NCBI GenBank assembly: GCA_016932135.1
Contig: JAFGDJ010000069.1
Coordinates: 1 to 36,920 of the forward strand
Direction of reading: 5' to 3'
From: Spirochaetales bacterium
GTDB lineage: Bacteria; Spirochaetota; Spirochaetia; JAFGDJ01
DNA: 36,920 nucleotides
Shown here: in pieces, positions 18,098 to 27,613 of the stretch
Layout: the number at the start of each line of letters is the position of its first letter
Position numbering within the stretch: the stretch's first letter is position 1
Translations under genes and position numbers: made by a program
Notes under the pieces: generated by a model
The model's input: the letters and a program-made list of their open reading frames with translations, nothing else
Databases searched by the model: none
What the model was told of the DNA's origin: nothing

Positions 18098-19846
18098 ATG
18101 TTTATACGGGAAGACGTAAAATGGCATATATCAAAAATCGAAGAGAAAATCATCGGGGCCTTTACCGTTCCATTTATGAAGCTGGGGAACGACGCCGATA
18201 TCCGGTACCGTAAGGTTCGCCGGATGAAAGACCTGTGGGTTCCTATGCGGGACGGCGTGCGGCTTTCCGCCGATCTGTATATGCCCGGCGACCTCGAGAA
18301 AGCCGAAACCATCCTTATCCGCATGCCCTACGGAAAACGAGAACCCTACTGCTGGATGCCGGCTATCGGAAGGTTCTGGGCGAAAAGGGGTTATACCTGC
18401 CTGATCCAGGACGTCCGGGGCCGCTTTGCCTCGGAAGGGGAATTCATCCCGTTTATTCATGAAATTGACGATGGTTACGACACTCTGCAGTGGATAACGG
18501 AGCAGCCCTGGAGCAACGGCAAGGTCGGCATTGCCGGAGAATCCTACTACGGTTATACCTCCTGGGCGGCCGCCCTGGCCGGGCATCCGGCATTACTGTG
18601 CGCGGCTCCTTCCACCACCTCCATGGATATCTACAACAACTGGGTGTACAACAACGGTGCCTTCTGCCTGCAGACCATGGGCATGTGGGGCATCTATATG
18701 GACAGCAAAACCTACACCAATGAATATCGGATCGATCTGAACCATTTACCCATCAGGGACATGGACACCAAGGCCGAGACTCCGAGCCGGATCTACCGGC
18801 AGTGGATGGAGCATCCGTACCGGGATGCATACTGGGACCGGATCAACCTGGACCGGCGAGCCGGCGAGGTGAAGATCCCCTGTCTGCATATCGGCGGCTG
18901 GTATGACGTGTTTCTCCGGTCCACCTATGAAGACTGGAAACTGGTATGTGAACAGGCGGGGACGGAGGAAGCGAAGGAAAACCAGTGGCTCCTCTTAGGT
19001 CCCAATGATCATGAGTTCACCACCGATTTCACCCCGAAAGCCGGGATGATCGACCTGGGAAAAGAAGGGATGATGAAACGATGGGATATCATGACCCGTT
19101 TTTTCGACCACTGGTTAAAAGACGAGGACAACGGTTTCGAATCCACCCCTCGGGTTGCCTACTTTATCATCGGAGAAAACCGCTGGGAATCTTCCGACAC
19201 CTGGCCGCCTAAGGGGACGGAGGTTGTTCCCTGGCACCTTTCTTCCGGGGGGCATCTTGTCCGGGGGACGGAGGAACTCACCGATCCGGAGTACGATGAA
19301 TATACCTACGACCCGGCCGACCCGGTGCGATGGAGCGAGGATATCGATCTATGGTATTTTGCCAGGGAACTGAAAGACCGGCGATCCATGGAAACGCGTC
19401 CCGATGTGCTTCTCTATTCAGGTGAACCGCTTCAAAGAAACCTGACCATCACCGGAAATATTAAAGTACTGTTATTTGTCTCATCCGACCGGAAGGACAC
19501 CGACTTTACCGCCGCCCTGACCGATGTTTTTCCCGACGGGTCCTGTCACCTGGTACAGGAAGGAATTCTCCGGGCGAGGTTCAGGGATGGGGACGGAGGT
19601 CCGTTGTTGTTGGAACCGGGAAAGATCTATCCCTTAACAATAGATCTCTGGGCTTCGGCATACACCTTTTTCGCCGGCCACAGGGTACGCTTGGAAGTGT
19701 CCAGCAGTAATTTTTCCCGTTTCGACAGAAACACCAACACGGGAAAGGACCCCCTTCAGGACTCCGATCCCCTGCCGGCCCGGCAGAAGGTGTTCCATAG
19801 CCGGGAATACCCTTCCGTTCTTCTTCTTCCGGTACGAGGGAAATAA
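18098..19846 (+). CDS. CocE/NonD-family hydrolase (S15 X-Pro dipeptidyl-peptidase-like alpha/beta hydrolase)
   Basis: It has an N-terminal alpha/beta fold with RDGVRLSADLYMP, QDVRGRFASEGEF and the nucleophile motif GESYYG, plus a C-terminal beta-sandwich domain. A good SD lies upstream. Confidence 0.85.
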   Translation: MFIREDVKWHISKIEEKIIGAFTVPFMKLGNDADIRYRKVRRMKDLWVPMRDGVRLSADLYMPGDLEKAETILIRMPYGKREPYCWMPAIGRFWAKRGYTCLIQDVRGRFASEGEFIPFIHEIDDGYDTLQWITEQPWSNGKVGIAGESYYGYTSWAAALAGHPALLCAAPSTTSMDIYNNWVYNNGAFCLQTMGMWGIYMDSKTYTNEYRIDLNHLPIRDMDTKAETPSRIYRQWMEHPYRDAYWDRINLDRRAGEVKIPCLHIGGWYDVFLRSTYEDWKLVCEQAGTEEAKENQWLLLGPNDHEFTTDFTPKAGMIDLGKEGMMKRWDIMTRFFDHWLKDEDNGFESTPRVAYFIIGENRWESSDTWPPKGTEVVPWHLSSGGHLVRGTEELTDPEYDEYTYDPADPVRWSEDIDLWYFARELKDRRSMETRPDVLLYSGEPLQRNLTITGNIKVLLFVSSDRKDTDFTAALTDVFPDGSCHLVQEGILRARFRDGDGGPLLLEPGKIYPLTIDLWASAYTFFAGHRVRLEVSSSNFSRFDRNTNTGKDPLQDSDPLPARQKVFHSREYPSVLLLPVRGK

Positions 19847-19848
19847 CC

Positions 19849-19879
19849 CCCCCCTGACTTCCCGGCCGTTGGGGGGCTT
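19849..19879. terminator. C7/G6 hairpin between convergent CocE and the ferritin-like gene
   Basis: CCCCCCC...GGGGGG is followed on the + strand by a T-rich CTTAATTCTCTTTC. The loop is long (~18 nt), so this is a weak candidate. Confidence 0.25.
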
Positions 19880-20333
19880 AATTCTCTTTCAGTATATGCT
19901 CATCGTAGAGAGATTCGAACCTCAGCTTGTGGCCTGCCTCTTCGGAGGCAATGCGCAGAAGAAGCTTCTCCGTGTCGGTTCCGGAAACCCGGGAAGCCAG
20001 ATTCGTATACAGCCGAAAGGAAGCCTCTTCCCGTTTCATAGCCAGAATCAGGATATCCTGGTAATCCATTTCAGCCTCCGGCTTTTCCGGTGTAACCAGG
20101 TACTCACTGATTTTCAGGTCCGTCACCTTTTTCGGCTCCAGGTCCCGGAGTTCCTTTTTCTCCAGACCTTCCAGCACGGTAATATGGCCCATCTCCATGG
20201 CTTCCAGTTCAAAGAGCATAGTCTTCATACTTTTGAAGCCGGCTTTTTCTTGTAATCCCCGGTAAAAGGCTGCCGCCTCTTTTTCCCGCTCAATGGCAAA
20301 GGACAGAATCTCCCGGACTGTGCTATCAGCCAT
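19878..20333 (-). CDS. ferritin-like/rubrerythrin-family diiron four-helix-bundle protein (no rubredoxin domain)
   Basis: It has two E-x-x-H metal-binding motifs (ELEAMEMGH, SEEAGH) about 90 aa apart in a 151-aa helical protein. It sits 29 bp downstream of the large Fe-S flavoprotein and is the last gene of the same-strand block. Confidence 0.7.
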   Translation of the reverse strand: MADSTVREILSFAIEREKEAAAFYRGLQEKAGFKSMKTMLFELEAMEMGHITVLEGLEKKELRDLEPKKVTDLKISEYLVTPEKPEAEMDYQDILILAMKREEASFRLYTNLASRVSGTDTEKLLLRIASEEAGHKLRFESLYDEHILKEN

Positions 20334-20362
20334 ATTGTTCCTTCCTCCCTTTTTTCACCCTT

Positions 20363-23300
20363 TTATAGGAGAAGCGCATTCCGGATCTCCTCCCTGTCCT
20401 GCGCCCCCTGACGCAGGGGAGAACGGCCGGAAGGCTCACTGTATCCCTCGATCCAATACTTCAGGGGAACCGGAATATGAAGATCCACATGGGTGTTGTC
20501 CCCGCCCCATCGGATCACTCTTCGGTTATCGTTGCTTTCAAGATTCCCCCCGACATCAAGAATCAGGTCAAAGTCTTCCATGCCACCGCTATTACCAATT
20601 TCTTCCGGGGATTCTCTTTCTCCCAGGGATTTCAAGAGGTACCAGGAATTCCGGGCGTTCCAGAAAAGAGTCACTCTGATTTTTTGCCAGGTACTGGCTT
20701 CCCCGATGGATTGAATGAGCCGGTTTTCCGTGTCCCGCTCACAGCAGACATGGAGATCCTCCGGATTGATCAAGATGTCCACCATCCGCCGTTCAAACTG
20801 GGCGTACTGCAGAGCATCGTCCAGGGATGATAGGTTCGGGAAGACCCGATCCGCCGTACGCTGAACTGCCGGGCCGTTATCTCCTACAACCCAGAGGGTG
20901 AAATAACCGGCTTTTTTCATCCGGTAGGCTTCGGTGAAGGCAACGTTATTCGAATCGTAGAGGGTTCCCAGAACCAAGGCTGCCCGGCGTTGCGGATCGA
21001 TGCCTGTATCTTCGAAGAAATAGTGGGTCTCCAGATTAAATGGTCTTCGCCCGTTCTTTGTCGACAAACTACTTTCCGGTAAGCCGCCCTTTCCGAGATT
21101 GTTTAACTCTATCCAACTGGGATTGATGTGCTCAAGGCCGATGGGCCTGACCACACAACCAAGTTCCCCCGCTCGAGCAAGAAAATAATCAATAACCTCC
21201 CCGCTCAAGAAAGGAGATATCCGCATAAGGACCTTTTTTGACTCTTTCATATAGGAATCCATCAGTCCGGAGGCTTTCTTCCTCTCCAGGTTTCCATCAG
21301 GGGTCGAGCAAATTCCCTTCCCATTGGATTGATTCTGCAAAATGAAAGTGTTCTGGAACCTGCCTCGTTCACAAAGAATACCGCCGTAGGTATCGAAACG
21401 TTCGGTAATCCGGGTAAAAAGACTTCCGTGAGAACGGTATTCCACCGGGCAGCTGACGGAGCACATAGGGCAGTAACCGGGAGTAACCTCCTCTTCCAAG
21501 GGCACTGTTTTTCCGGAAGGAAATTTTTCCGTCAGGGCACCCACGGGACAGGCGGAGACGCATTGACCGCAGCTTATACAAAGATCCACTTCACCGAAGG
21601 GGCTGCCAAAAGACGGTTCGATATGGGAAGCGAATCCCCGTTTCACATAGCCCAGGACCCCCAGCCCCTGGACCTCCTGACAGATCCGGACGCAACGACC
21701 GCAAAGGATGCACTTGGAGGGATCGCGGACAATATACGGATGGCTCTTATCCACCGGGTGAACTTGAAAGTCACCCACAAAACGATCAATCCGGGCTTCG
21801 TATTCCTGGGCATACTCTTTGAGTTTACATTCATGCACATCCTGACAGCCGCACTCCAGGCAGCGACGGGCTTCGATCAGAGCCTGTTCGTCGGTATACC
21901 CCATTTCGATTTCCGAAAATGACCGCCTCCGGCGCTCTAAGGGAATCTTCGGCATTGTTTGTCGGGGGAGTTTCTCTTCATCCTCCAGATCTTCCGCCGT
22001 TACCGGCCGCAGATCCGATTTTCTCACCAGGAATTCGGCCTTCCGCTCAACCTGCAGACCGGCAAAGAACATTCCGATAGACGCCGCTGCGTGTTTTCCG
22101 CCGGCGATAGCCCGAATGGCAATGTCCGGACCGGTAACCACATCTCCCGCGGCAAAAAGCTTGGGGATCGCCGTCGCTCCGGTTTCCTTGTCACAGACGA
22201 TGTTGCCCCGTTCATCCACCAGGCCTTCCGCTGTTTTTAAGGAACTCGTGTCGGTATACTGCCCGACGGCGGCGATAACCGTGTCCACCTCCCAGGAAAA
22301 ATCAGCTCCTTCCACCGGTACAGGACGCCGCCTGCCTGAAGGATCTGGTTCCCCCAGTTCCATGGTGATCAAATGCAGTTCCAGAGGATTGTTTCTCCCC
22401 TTGGTGATTTTCGAAGGAGCCGCCAGATAGGTTATACGGATTCCTTCCTCCAGGGCTTCTTCAATCTCCATATCGGAGGCAGGCATTTCCTCCCTGCTCC
22501 GTCGATAGAAAATCTGCACATCATCGGCTCCCAGTCGCAAGGAAGTTCTGGCGGCATCAATAGCGGTATTCCCCCCGCCAATAACGGCGACCTTTCGGCC
22601 GATCTTCGGATGGTTTCCCTCCGCCACACCCCGTAGCATGTCGATACCCGGCAGGACACCCGGCAGATCCTCCCCGGCGATCCGCATCTCCCGGCTTTGC
22701 CAGGCTCCCAGGGCGAGAAGAACAGCATCGTTTTCTTTTAGCAAGGTTTCAAGTTCCAGCTCCGTCCCCAGACACTTACCGCAGATTAAAGAAACACCGA
22801 GATCGGTAATAAGGGCAATTTCTTTATCCAGAACATCCTGAGGCAGCCTATAATCCGGTATACCGTACCTGAGCATACCGCCGGCTTTCTCCTGGGCTTC
22901 ATAGACCGTAACCTCCGTCCCCGCTTGTTTTAAATAGTACGCCGCCGATAAGCCGGCCGGTCCGCCGCCGATGACAGCTACCTTCTTGCCGTTCGAAGGA
23001 GCGACTTCCGGCTTCCAGGGATTGCCGGAGAACAAGTCAATGTCGGCGATATACCGCTTGAGATAATCGATCCCCACCGGTTCATCTACTATATTCCGCC
23101 GGCATTCATCCTCACAGGGACGGGGGCAAACCCGACCGCAGACCGATGGAAAGGGGTTGTTCTTTTTCACCAGCTTCAGGGCTTCGGCGTTTTTACCATA
23201 GGCAATCAGCCCCACATAACCCTGCACGTCGATATTGGATGGACAAGCCAGGGTGCAGGGAGCCTTACAGTCGCCGTAATGGTTGGAGAGGATCAGTTCA

Positions 23301-23584
23301 AAAGCCAGCTTCCTGGCCTGGCGGACCTCTTCATCATCCGTTACAATCTTCATCCCCGGTCTTACCTGGGTAGCGCAGGAGGGGACGAATCCCTTAGCTC
23401 CTTCCACCTTTACCAGACAGACCCAACAGGACCCATAGGGTTCCAGGCGACGGTCATCACAAAGAGTCGGTATATGGAGGCCCTGTTCCCGGGCTGCCTG
23501 GAGGATAGTCACTCCCTCGAAAACCGCACATTCTTTCCCGTTGATATGTACCTGAATTAATTTTCTCCCGCCGTTGGTCATCAT
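20363..23584 (-). CDS. mosaic Fe-S flavoprotein: a 2Fe-2S ferredoxin N-domain, an NfnB/GltD-like NAD(P)H-FAD module, a 2x[4Fe-4S] ferredoxin domain and a degenerate molybdopterin-oxidoreductase-like C-domain (StnC-like large subunit)
   Basis: aa 1-85 form a plant-type 2Fe-2S domain (CDDRRLEPYGSCWVCLV...SCAT). aa ~100-165 hold GltD/NfnB N-terminal clusters (GDCKAPCTLACP; FPSVCGRVCPRPCEDEC). Two Rossmann motifs (KKVAVIGGGPAGLSAAYYL; RKVAVIGGGNTAIDAART) and AAGDVVTGP indicate FAD and NAD(P)H binding. A CLECGC/HEC segment precedes two CxxCxxCxxxCP ferredoxin motifs. A MopB-type motif (CPMCSVSCP...GGILCERGRF) follows, and after it about 400 aa with no catalytic hydrogenase or Mo signatures. Its start ATG overlaps the upstream gene's stop (ATGATGA). 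Confidence 0.85.
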   Translation of the reverse strand: MMTNGGRKLIQVHINGKECAVFEGVTILQAAREQGLHIPTLCDDRRLEPYGSCWVCLVKVEGAKGFVPSCATQVRPGMKIVTDDEEVRQARKLAFELILSNHYGDCKAPCTLACPSNIDVQGYVGLIAYGKNAEALKLVKKNNPFPSVCGRVCPRPCEDECRRNIVDEPVGIDYLKRYIADIDLFSGNPWKPEVAPSNGKKVAVIGGGPAGLSAAYYLKQAGTEVTVYEAQEKAGGMLRYGIPDYRLPQDVLDKEIALITDLGVSLICGKCLGTELELETLLKENDAVLLALGAWQSREMRIAGEDLPGVLPGIDMLRGVAEGNHPKIGRKVAVIGGGNTAIDAARTSLRLGADDVQIFYRRSREEMPASDMEIEEALEEGIRITYLAAPSKITKGRNNPLELHLITMELGEPDPSGRRRPVPVEGADFSWEVDTVIAAVGQYTDTSSLKTAEGLVDERGNIVCDKETGATAIPKLFAAGDVVTGPDIAIRAIAGGKHAAASIGMFFAGLQVERKAEFLVRKSDLRPVTAEDLEDEEKLPRQTMPKIPLERRRRSFSEIEMGYTDEQALIEARRCLECGCQDVHECKLKEYAQEYEARIDRFVGDFQVHPVDKSHPYIVRDPSKCILCGRCVRICQEVQGLGVLGYVKRGFASHIEPSFGSPFGEVDLCISCGQCVSACPVGALTEKFPSGKTVPLEEEVTPGYCPMCSVSCPVEYRSHGSLFTRITERFDTYGGILCERGRFQNTFILQNQSNGKGICSTPDGNLERKKASGLMDSYMKESKKVLMRISPFLSGEVIDYFLARAGELGCVVRPIGLEHINPSWIELNNLGKGGLPESSLSTKNGRRPFNLETHYFFEDTGIDPQRRAALVLGTLYDSNNVAFTEAYRMKKAGYFTLWVVGDNGPAVQRTADRVFPNLSSLDDALQYAQFERRMVDILINPEDLHVCCERDTENRLIQSIGEASTWQKIRVTLFWNARNSWYLLKSLGERESPEEIGNSGGMEDFDLILDVGGNLESNDNRRVIRWGGDNTHVDLHIPVPLKYWIEGYSEPSGRSPLRQGAQDREEIRNALLL

Positions 23585-25356
23585 GCCGGCACCCCCGTAG
23601 CGATTTTTACCGCATGGAACCGGCAGCCTTCATAACAAAGACCACACTGAATACAGAGATCCTGATCTATGGAGTGTGGTTTTTTCGCATCACCGCTGGC
23701 CGCGTGGGTGGGACAGAACCTCGCGCAAATGGTGCAGCCTCGGCACTCGTTCGGATCGATGACATAACGCACCAGGGCCTTACACTGCATAGCCGGACAT
23801 TCATGCCGTTCAATGTGGGCGAGGTATTCATCCCGGAAGTACTTCAATGTTGTCAGTACCGGGTTTGGAGCGGTCTGTCCCAAACCGCAGAGGGAAGAAA
23901 CCTTTACCCGCCGGGCCAGGTCTTCCAATTCATCCAGATCTTCCAGCTTTCCCTTCCCTTGGGTAATCCGCTGGAGGATTTCCATCATTCTTTTTGTGCC
24001 GATTCTGCAAAAGGTGCATTTGCCGCAGGATTCGCTCTGAATAAAGCTGAGGAAATAGCGGGCTACATCCACCATGCAGGTGGTTTCATCCATGACCACC
24101 ATTCCCCCGGAACCCATAATAGCTCCCGTGGCATTGATGGATTCATAGTCCACCGGTGTATCCAGCAATTCCTCGGGGATACAGCCTCCGGAGGGACCTC
24201 CCAACTGGACGGCTTTAAACTGTTTGTCTTCCTGGATTCCGCCTCCGATGTCAAAGATAATTTCCCGCAAGGTCATACCCATGGGAACCTCCACCATGCC
24301 ACCGTACTTGATCTTCCCGGCCAGGGAAAAAACCTTGGTACCTTTGCTCTTTTCTGTTCCGATAGAGGCAAATTTTTTCGCTCCCATGTTTAAAATCCTG
24401 GGGACATTGGCCAGGGTTTCCACATTGTTGATGTTTGTGGGATATCCCCAGAGACCTTTCTCCGCTGGATAAGGGGGACGGAGGCGCGGCATCCCTCTTT
24501 TTCCCTCGATGGAGGCCATCATGGCGGTTTCCTCACCGCACACAAAGGCACCGGCCCCCTCTTTTATATGGATAAAAAAGGAAAAGCCAGTTCCAAGGAT
24601 CCGATTGCCCAGGAAATTGCGTTCTTCCGCCTGGCTGAGGGCCTTATTGAGGCGCTTGATGGCTAAAGGATACTCAGCCCGAACATAGATATACCCTTCC
24701 CCCGCGCCTATGGCGTAGGCTGCAATGATCATTCCTTCAATAACCGAATGGGGGTCCCCCTCCAGTACCGATCGGTCCATAAACGCCCCGGGGTCACCTT
24801 CGTCGGCGTTACACACCATATACTTTCTTTTAGAAGAAGAAGCCGCGATAAAGCTCCATTTCATGCCGGTCGGGAAACCCGCTCCCCCCCGGCCTCGCAG
24901 TCCGGAGGTTTTAATCTCTTCCACCACCTGCGCGGGAGTCATGGACTGAAGCACTCTTTTTAAGGCTTCGTATCCTCCCGTGTCGAGATACTCCACGATG
25001 GATTCCGGATCGATAATTCCTGAATTAGACAGAACAACCTTTCTTTGCCTGGAAAGATAGGGATAATCTTCAGGAAAGGCGTTTTCCTGATTAAAAACCT
25101 TCTCATTACATTCACTGGCAATGAAATCGGTAATTTTCTTTTCACTTACTTCACCGAAGAGTTTTTTCTGCCCATTGTCATATCGAACTTCTATAATCGG
25201 TTCTTTATGACAGGCACCAATACATCCGGTTTCACCAACCTTGATATCCATTTTTCCCTGAGCAATGGCAGCGAGGAGAGAATCGTATACTCCTTTCGCT
25301 CCGGCGGCAATCCCGCAGGATCCCATACCTACAACAATTTCGGTAACCCTACTCAT
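23581..25356 (-). CDS. NuoF/HydB/HndC-like NADH-binding FMN Fe-S flavoprotein (bifurcating-complex beta subunit type)
   Basis: An extra N-terminal thioredoxin-like 2Fe-2S domain is followed by the NuoF core (GLRGRGGAGFPTGMKW; FMN site GAGAFVCGEETAMMASIEG; ESCGKCTFCRIG). A C-terminal 2x[4Fe-4S] ferredoxin (CRGCTICARFCP, CIQCGLCYEGC) follows. This extended architecture is typical of HydB/HndC/StnB. Confidence 0.9.
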   Translation of the reverse strand: MSRVTEIVVGMGSCGIAAGAKGVYDSLLAAIAQGKMDIKVGETGCIGACHKEPIIEVRYDNGQKKLFGEVSEKKITDFIASECNEKVFNQENAFPEDYPYLSRQRKVVLSNSGIIDPESIVEYLDTGGYEALKRVLQSMTPAQVVEEIKTSGLRGRGGAGFPTGMKWSFIAASSSKRKYMVCNADEGDPGAFMDRSVLEGDPHSVIEGMIIAAYAIGAGEGYIYVRAEYPLAIKRLNKALSQAEERNFLGNRILGTGFSFFIHIKEGAGAFVCGEETAMMASIEGKRGMPRLRPPYPAEKGLWGYPTNINNVETLANVPRILNMGAKKFASIGTEKSKGTKVFSLAGKIKYGGMVEVPMGMTLREIIFDIGGGIQEDKQFKAVQLGGPSGGCIPEELLDTPVDYESINATGAIMGSGGMVVMDETTCMVDVARYFLSFIQSESCGKCTFCRIGTKRMMEILQRITQGKGKLEDLDELEDLARRVKVSSLCGLGQTAPNPVLTTLKYFRDEYLAHIERHECPAMQCKALVRYVIDPNECRGCTICARFCPTHAASGDAKKPHSIDQDLCIQCGLCYEGCRFHAVKIATGVPA

Positions 25357-25804
25357 CCCGTTTCTTCCTTATGGTTTTCAGCAGTTTCGACCAATTGAGT
25401 CTCCCTTGTACTTCGTTGTCGATCATCACAACGGGAGCCAGAGAGCAGCAGCCAAGACAGGAAACGCTCTCCACAGTAAAGATTCCGTCCTCCGTGGTTT
25501 GCCCTGGTTCAATACCCAATTCTGTTTTTAAGGCTACGTCAATGGCCGCCGCACCATTCACATGGCAGGCCGTGCCATGACATACCTTGATAGTGTACCT
25601 TCCTTGCGGTTGGAATCTGAACTGGGTATAGAAGGTAGCGACTCCGTAGATCTCCGCAGGAGAGGAACCGGTAGCCCGGGCGATCTCTTCCATGGCTTCT
25701 ATCGGAAGGTAGCCATAAATATCCTGCGTCGCCTGGAAAAGGGGAATAATATTACCCTTCCTCTCCCGCCATTCCTTCAGAAGTTTATTGAATCGTTTAT
25801 CCAT
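25349..25804 (-). CDS. NuoE/HydC/HndA-like thioredoxin-fold [2Fe-2S] protein
   Basis: 151 aa with CHGTAC...CLGCC cluster ligands and the NuoE fold. There is an 8-bp overlap with the NuoF-like gene. Confidence 0.9.
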   Translation of the reverse strand: MDKRFNKLLKEWRERKGNIIPLFQATQDIYGYLPIEAMEEIARATGSSPAEIYGVATFYTQFRFQPQGRYTIKVCHGTACHVNGAAAIDVALKTELGIEPGQTTEDGIFTVESVSCLGCCSLAPVVMIDNEVQGRLNWSKLLKTIRKKRDE

Positions 25805-25971
25805 AGCGCATCCTTCTAGAGAAAAGGATAATGTTGGTCCAATGCGAAAAGCCTAGCTGCTCAACTGTTGCCAAATAAAAGAAGTAAGTTCTAACAATAA
25901 ACCGATATGGGGAATTATGGGAAGATGAAAAATACTTACAGAAGCGTTTTTTTTAAAGATGACCAAAAAAA

Positions 25972-26337
25972 TTACATTGATCTGGTCGCTACCAGATTAA
26001 CTCCCGTTCCACCGATATTCGCCAGCAACACCTGCCCGGTTTCCACCGGCAAGGGGATCTTCATGGAGTAGAGGGTGTCAAGAAGGCTATCAATATGTTC
26101 CTTTGGAAGGGGTGCGTCGGTTTTCACCGACACACGACGTACCTCCGTCCCCATTGGAGAGCCTGCCGTCATGCATGTGGCCGTAACAACCCGCTTAGGT
26201 GCGAGCACTTCTTCCCTTCCATAGATCTCGCCCCGGGGGCATTGATTGCCTTCAATAGTGATATCCGTTTCATCAGTCCAGGAAGCTTGCAGCCGGCAAC
26301 CGATGGGGCAGGATATACAAATCAACTGGCGTTCCAA
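25972..26337 (-). CDS. DUF1667-family Cys-rich small protein (zinc-ribbon/Fe-S-like partner of GlpA-like dehydrogenases)
   Basis: It has LICISCPIGCRL...GNQCPRGEIY and the conserved VTTTV-like block (VVTATCMTAG). I propose a TTG start at 26335-26337, preceded by GGAAAGGAGAG with a 5-nt spacer, giving a canonical ~121-aa protein. The track ORF (to 26457) would overlap the upstream gene by 100 bp. Confidence 0.75.
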   Translation of the reverse strand: MERQLICISCPIGCRLQASWTDETDITIEGNQCPRGEIYGREEVLAPKRVVTATCMTAGSPMGTEVRRVSVKTDAPLPKEHIDSLLDTLYSMKIPLPVETGQVLLANIGGTGVNLVATRSM

Positions 26338-26356
26338 AGCTTCTCTCCTTTCCTGG

Positions 26357-27613
26357 TTACAGGATACCCGTTTCAAGGGTATTCCCCCTTGAGGATTCAA
26401 GAGATGGGATTTCTTCCCTATCCAAGGTAAAACTGACCATTTCAGAAGGTTGTACATGCCGAAGTTTCTTCCGTATAACCTCCCGGCCTTCGATTTTTAC
26501 CACCAGTTCGGCACCATTTTTAACAACTAAGGGCCGAAGGTAAAACCTGTTGTCGCCATCGGGGTTATACATATTAGGTAGGACATACTTCACATTGGCT
26601 CCGGAGACCGTTCTGTATTGACGGCCCGGGGCTACTCCTTTGAGATAATGACAGACTGCTTCTCCACAACGCTGAGATTCCTCAGTAACGAAATCCACCA
26701 GGTCATGCACATGAAGCACATTTCCACAGGCGAAAATCCCTTCCACCGATGTCATAAGACGAGAATCTACCAGAGCCCCACCGGTTTCAGGATTAAGATC
26801 AACACCGGCTTTTTTTGAGATTTCATTGTCCGGGACCAGGCCTACGGAAAGAAGCAGGGTGTCGCAGTCCAGATCAAAGGAAGCTCTGTTCCCACCTTCC
26901 TCCGTCCCCACCGGAGATACCCGGACTCCCTCTACCCGTTCTTTTCCCCAAATTTTCGAGACTACATGGGAAAGATGCAGAGGAATATTGAAATCCGTGA
27001 GACATTGCACGATATTTCGGGTCAGCCCGGCTGGATAGGGTTGAATTTCCACTACTCCAAGTACCTCCGTCCCCACCCAGGTCATGCGGCGGGCCATAAT
27101 GAGACCAATATCTCCGGAACCGACGATGACTATCTTTTTGCCGGGGATATAACCGTCAATATTAACCAGCCTTTGGGCCAGACCGGCGGTAAAGATCCCC
27201 GAAGGCCTGGTGCCGGGGGTACCGATATTCCCGCGATTCCGCTCCCGGCAGCCCATGGCCAGCACAATGGAACGACAGGAAAAATGGAGCAGCCCATAGA
27301 CGGATGAGTACCCGTAAAAGCTCTTCATCGATCCTGTATCTTCTATATCCATTACCGTCGTCTCAAGATAGACATCCAGGCCTTTATCCTTCACCGCTTG
27401 AATAAACCGTTCGGCATATTCAGGCCCCGTCAATTCCTCCTTAAAGTGGTGGAGCCCGAACCCGTTGTGGATGCATTGATTGAGGATGCCACCCAAGGCT
27501 GTCTCGCGTTCCACTATAGCGCAGGAATAACCCGCTTCGGCGATTCTGCACGCGGCGGCCATACCAGCCGATCCTCCGCCGATAATGACGGAGTCATATT
27601 TTTTCTCCGTCAT
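26357..27613 (-). CDS. NAD(P)/FAD-dependent oxidoreductase (pyridine nucleotide-disulfide oxidoreductase family; HcnB/OoxA-like middle subunit)
   Basis: There are two dinucleotide-binding motifs (SVIIGGGSAGMAAACRIAE; KIVIVGSGDIGLIMARRM) and a C-terminal part with ACGNVLHVHDLVD. The gene overlaps the glpA-like gene by 4 bp. Confidence 0.85.
   Translation of the reverse strand: MTEKKYDSVIIGGGSAGMAAACRIAEAGYSCAIVERETALGGILNQCIHNGFGLHHFKEELTGPEYAERFIQAVKDKGLDVYLETTVMDIEDTGSMKSFYGYSSVYGLLHFSCRSIVLAMGCRERNRGNIGTPGTRPSGIFTAGLAQRLVNIDGYIPGKKIVIVGSGDIGLIMARRMTWVGTEVLGVVEIQPYPAGLTRNIVQCLTDFNIPLHLSHVVSKIWGKERVEGVRVSPVGTEEGGNRASFDLDCDTLLLSVGLVPDNEISKKAGVDLNPETGGALVDSRLMTSVEGIFACGNVLHVHDLVDFVTEESQRCGEAVCHYLKGVAPGRQYRTVSGANVKYVLPNMYNPDGDNRFYLRPLVVKNGAELVVKIEGREVIRKKLRHVQPSEMVSFTLDREEIPSLESSRGNTLETGIL

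Noticed and set aside
19589-19599. A copy of the 11-mer in CocE read in a different frame (DGDGG), and one at 24474 on the non-coding strand
   Set aside because: I did not reject these as motif instances. I note that they break the coding-strand GTE pattern, so the peptide-level explanation alone is insufficient, and they were kept within the 11-mer finding.
20363-23584. Possibility that the large Fe-S protein is an [FeFe] hydrogenase or a formate dehydrogenase catalytic subunit
   Set aside because: I could not find H-cluster motifs (TSCCPxW, MPCxxK, ExMACxxGC), nor the Sec/Cys-His-Arg Mo-bisPGD catalytic signatures. The C-terminal domain looks degenerate.
21329-24393. + strand ORFs (197 aa at 21329-21922, 259 aa at 23614-24393) inside the StnC-like and NuoF-like genes
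   Set aside because: They are antisense to genes with unmistakable Fe-S/flavin motifs and are artefacts.
26357-26457. Apparent 100-bp overlap between the Pyr_redox oxidoreductase gene and the DUF1667 ORF
   Set aside because: This is an artefact of the longest-ORF call. A TTG start with an excellent SD at 26337 gives a canonical-length DUF1667 protein and no overlap.
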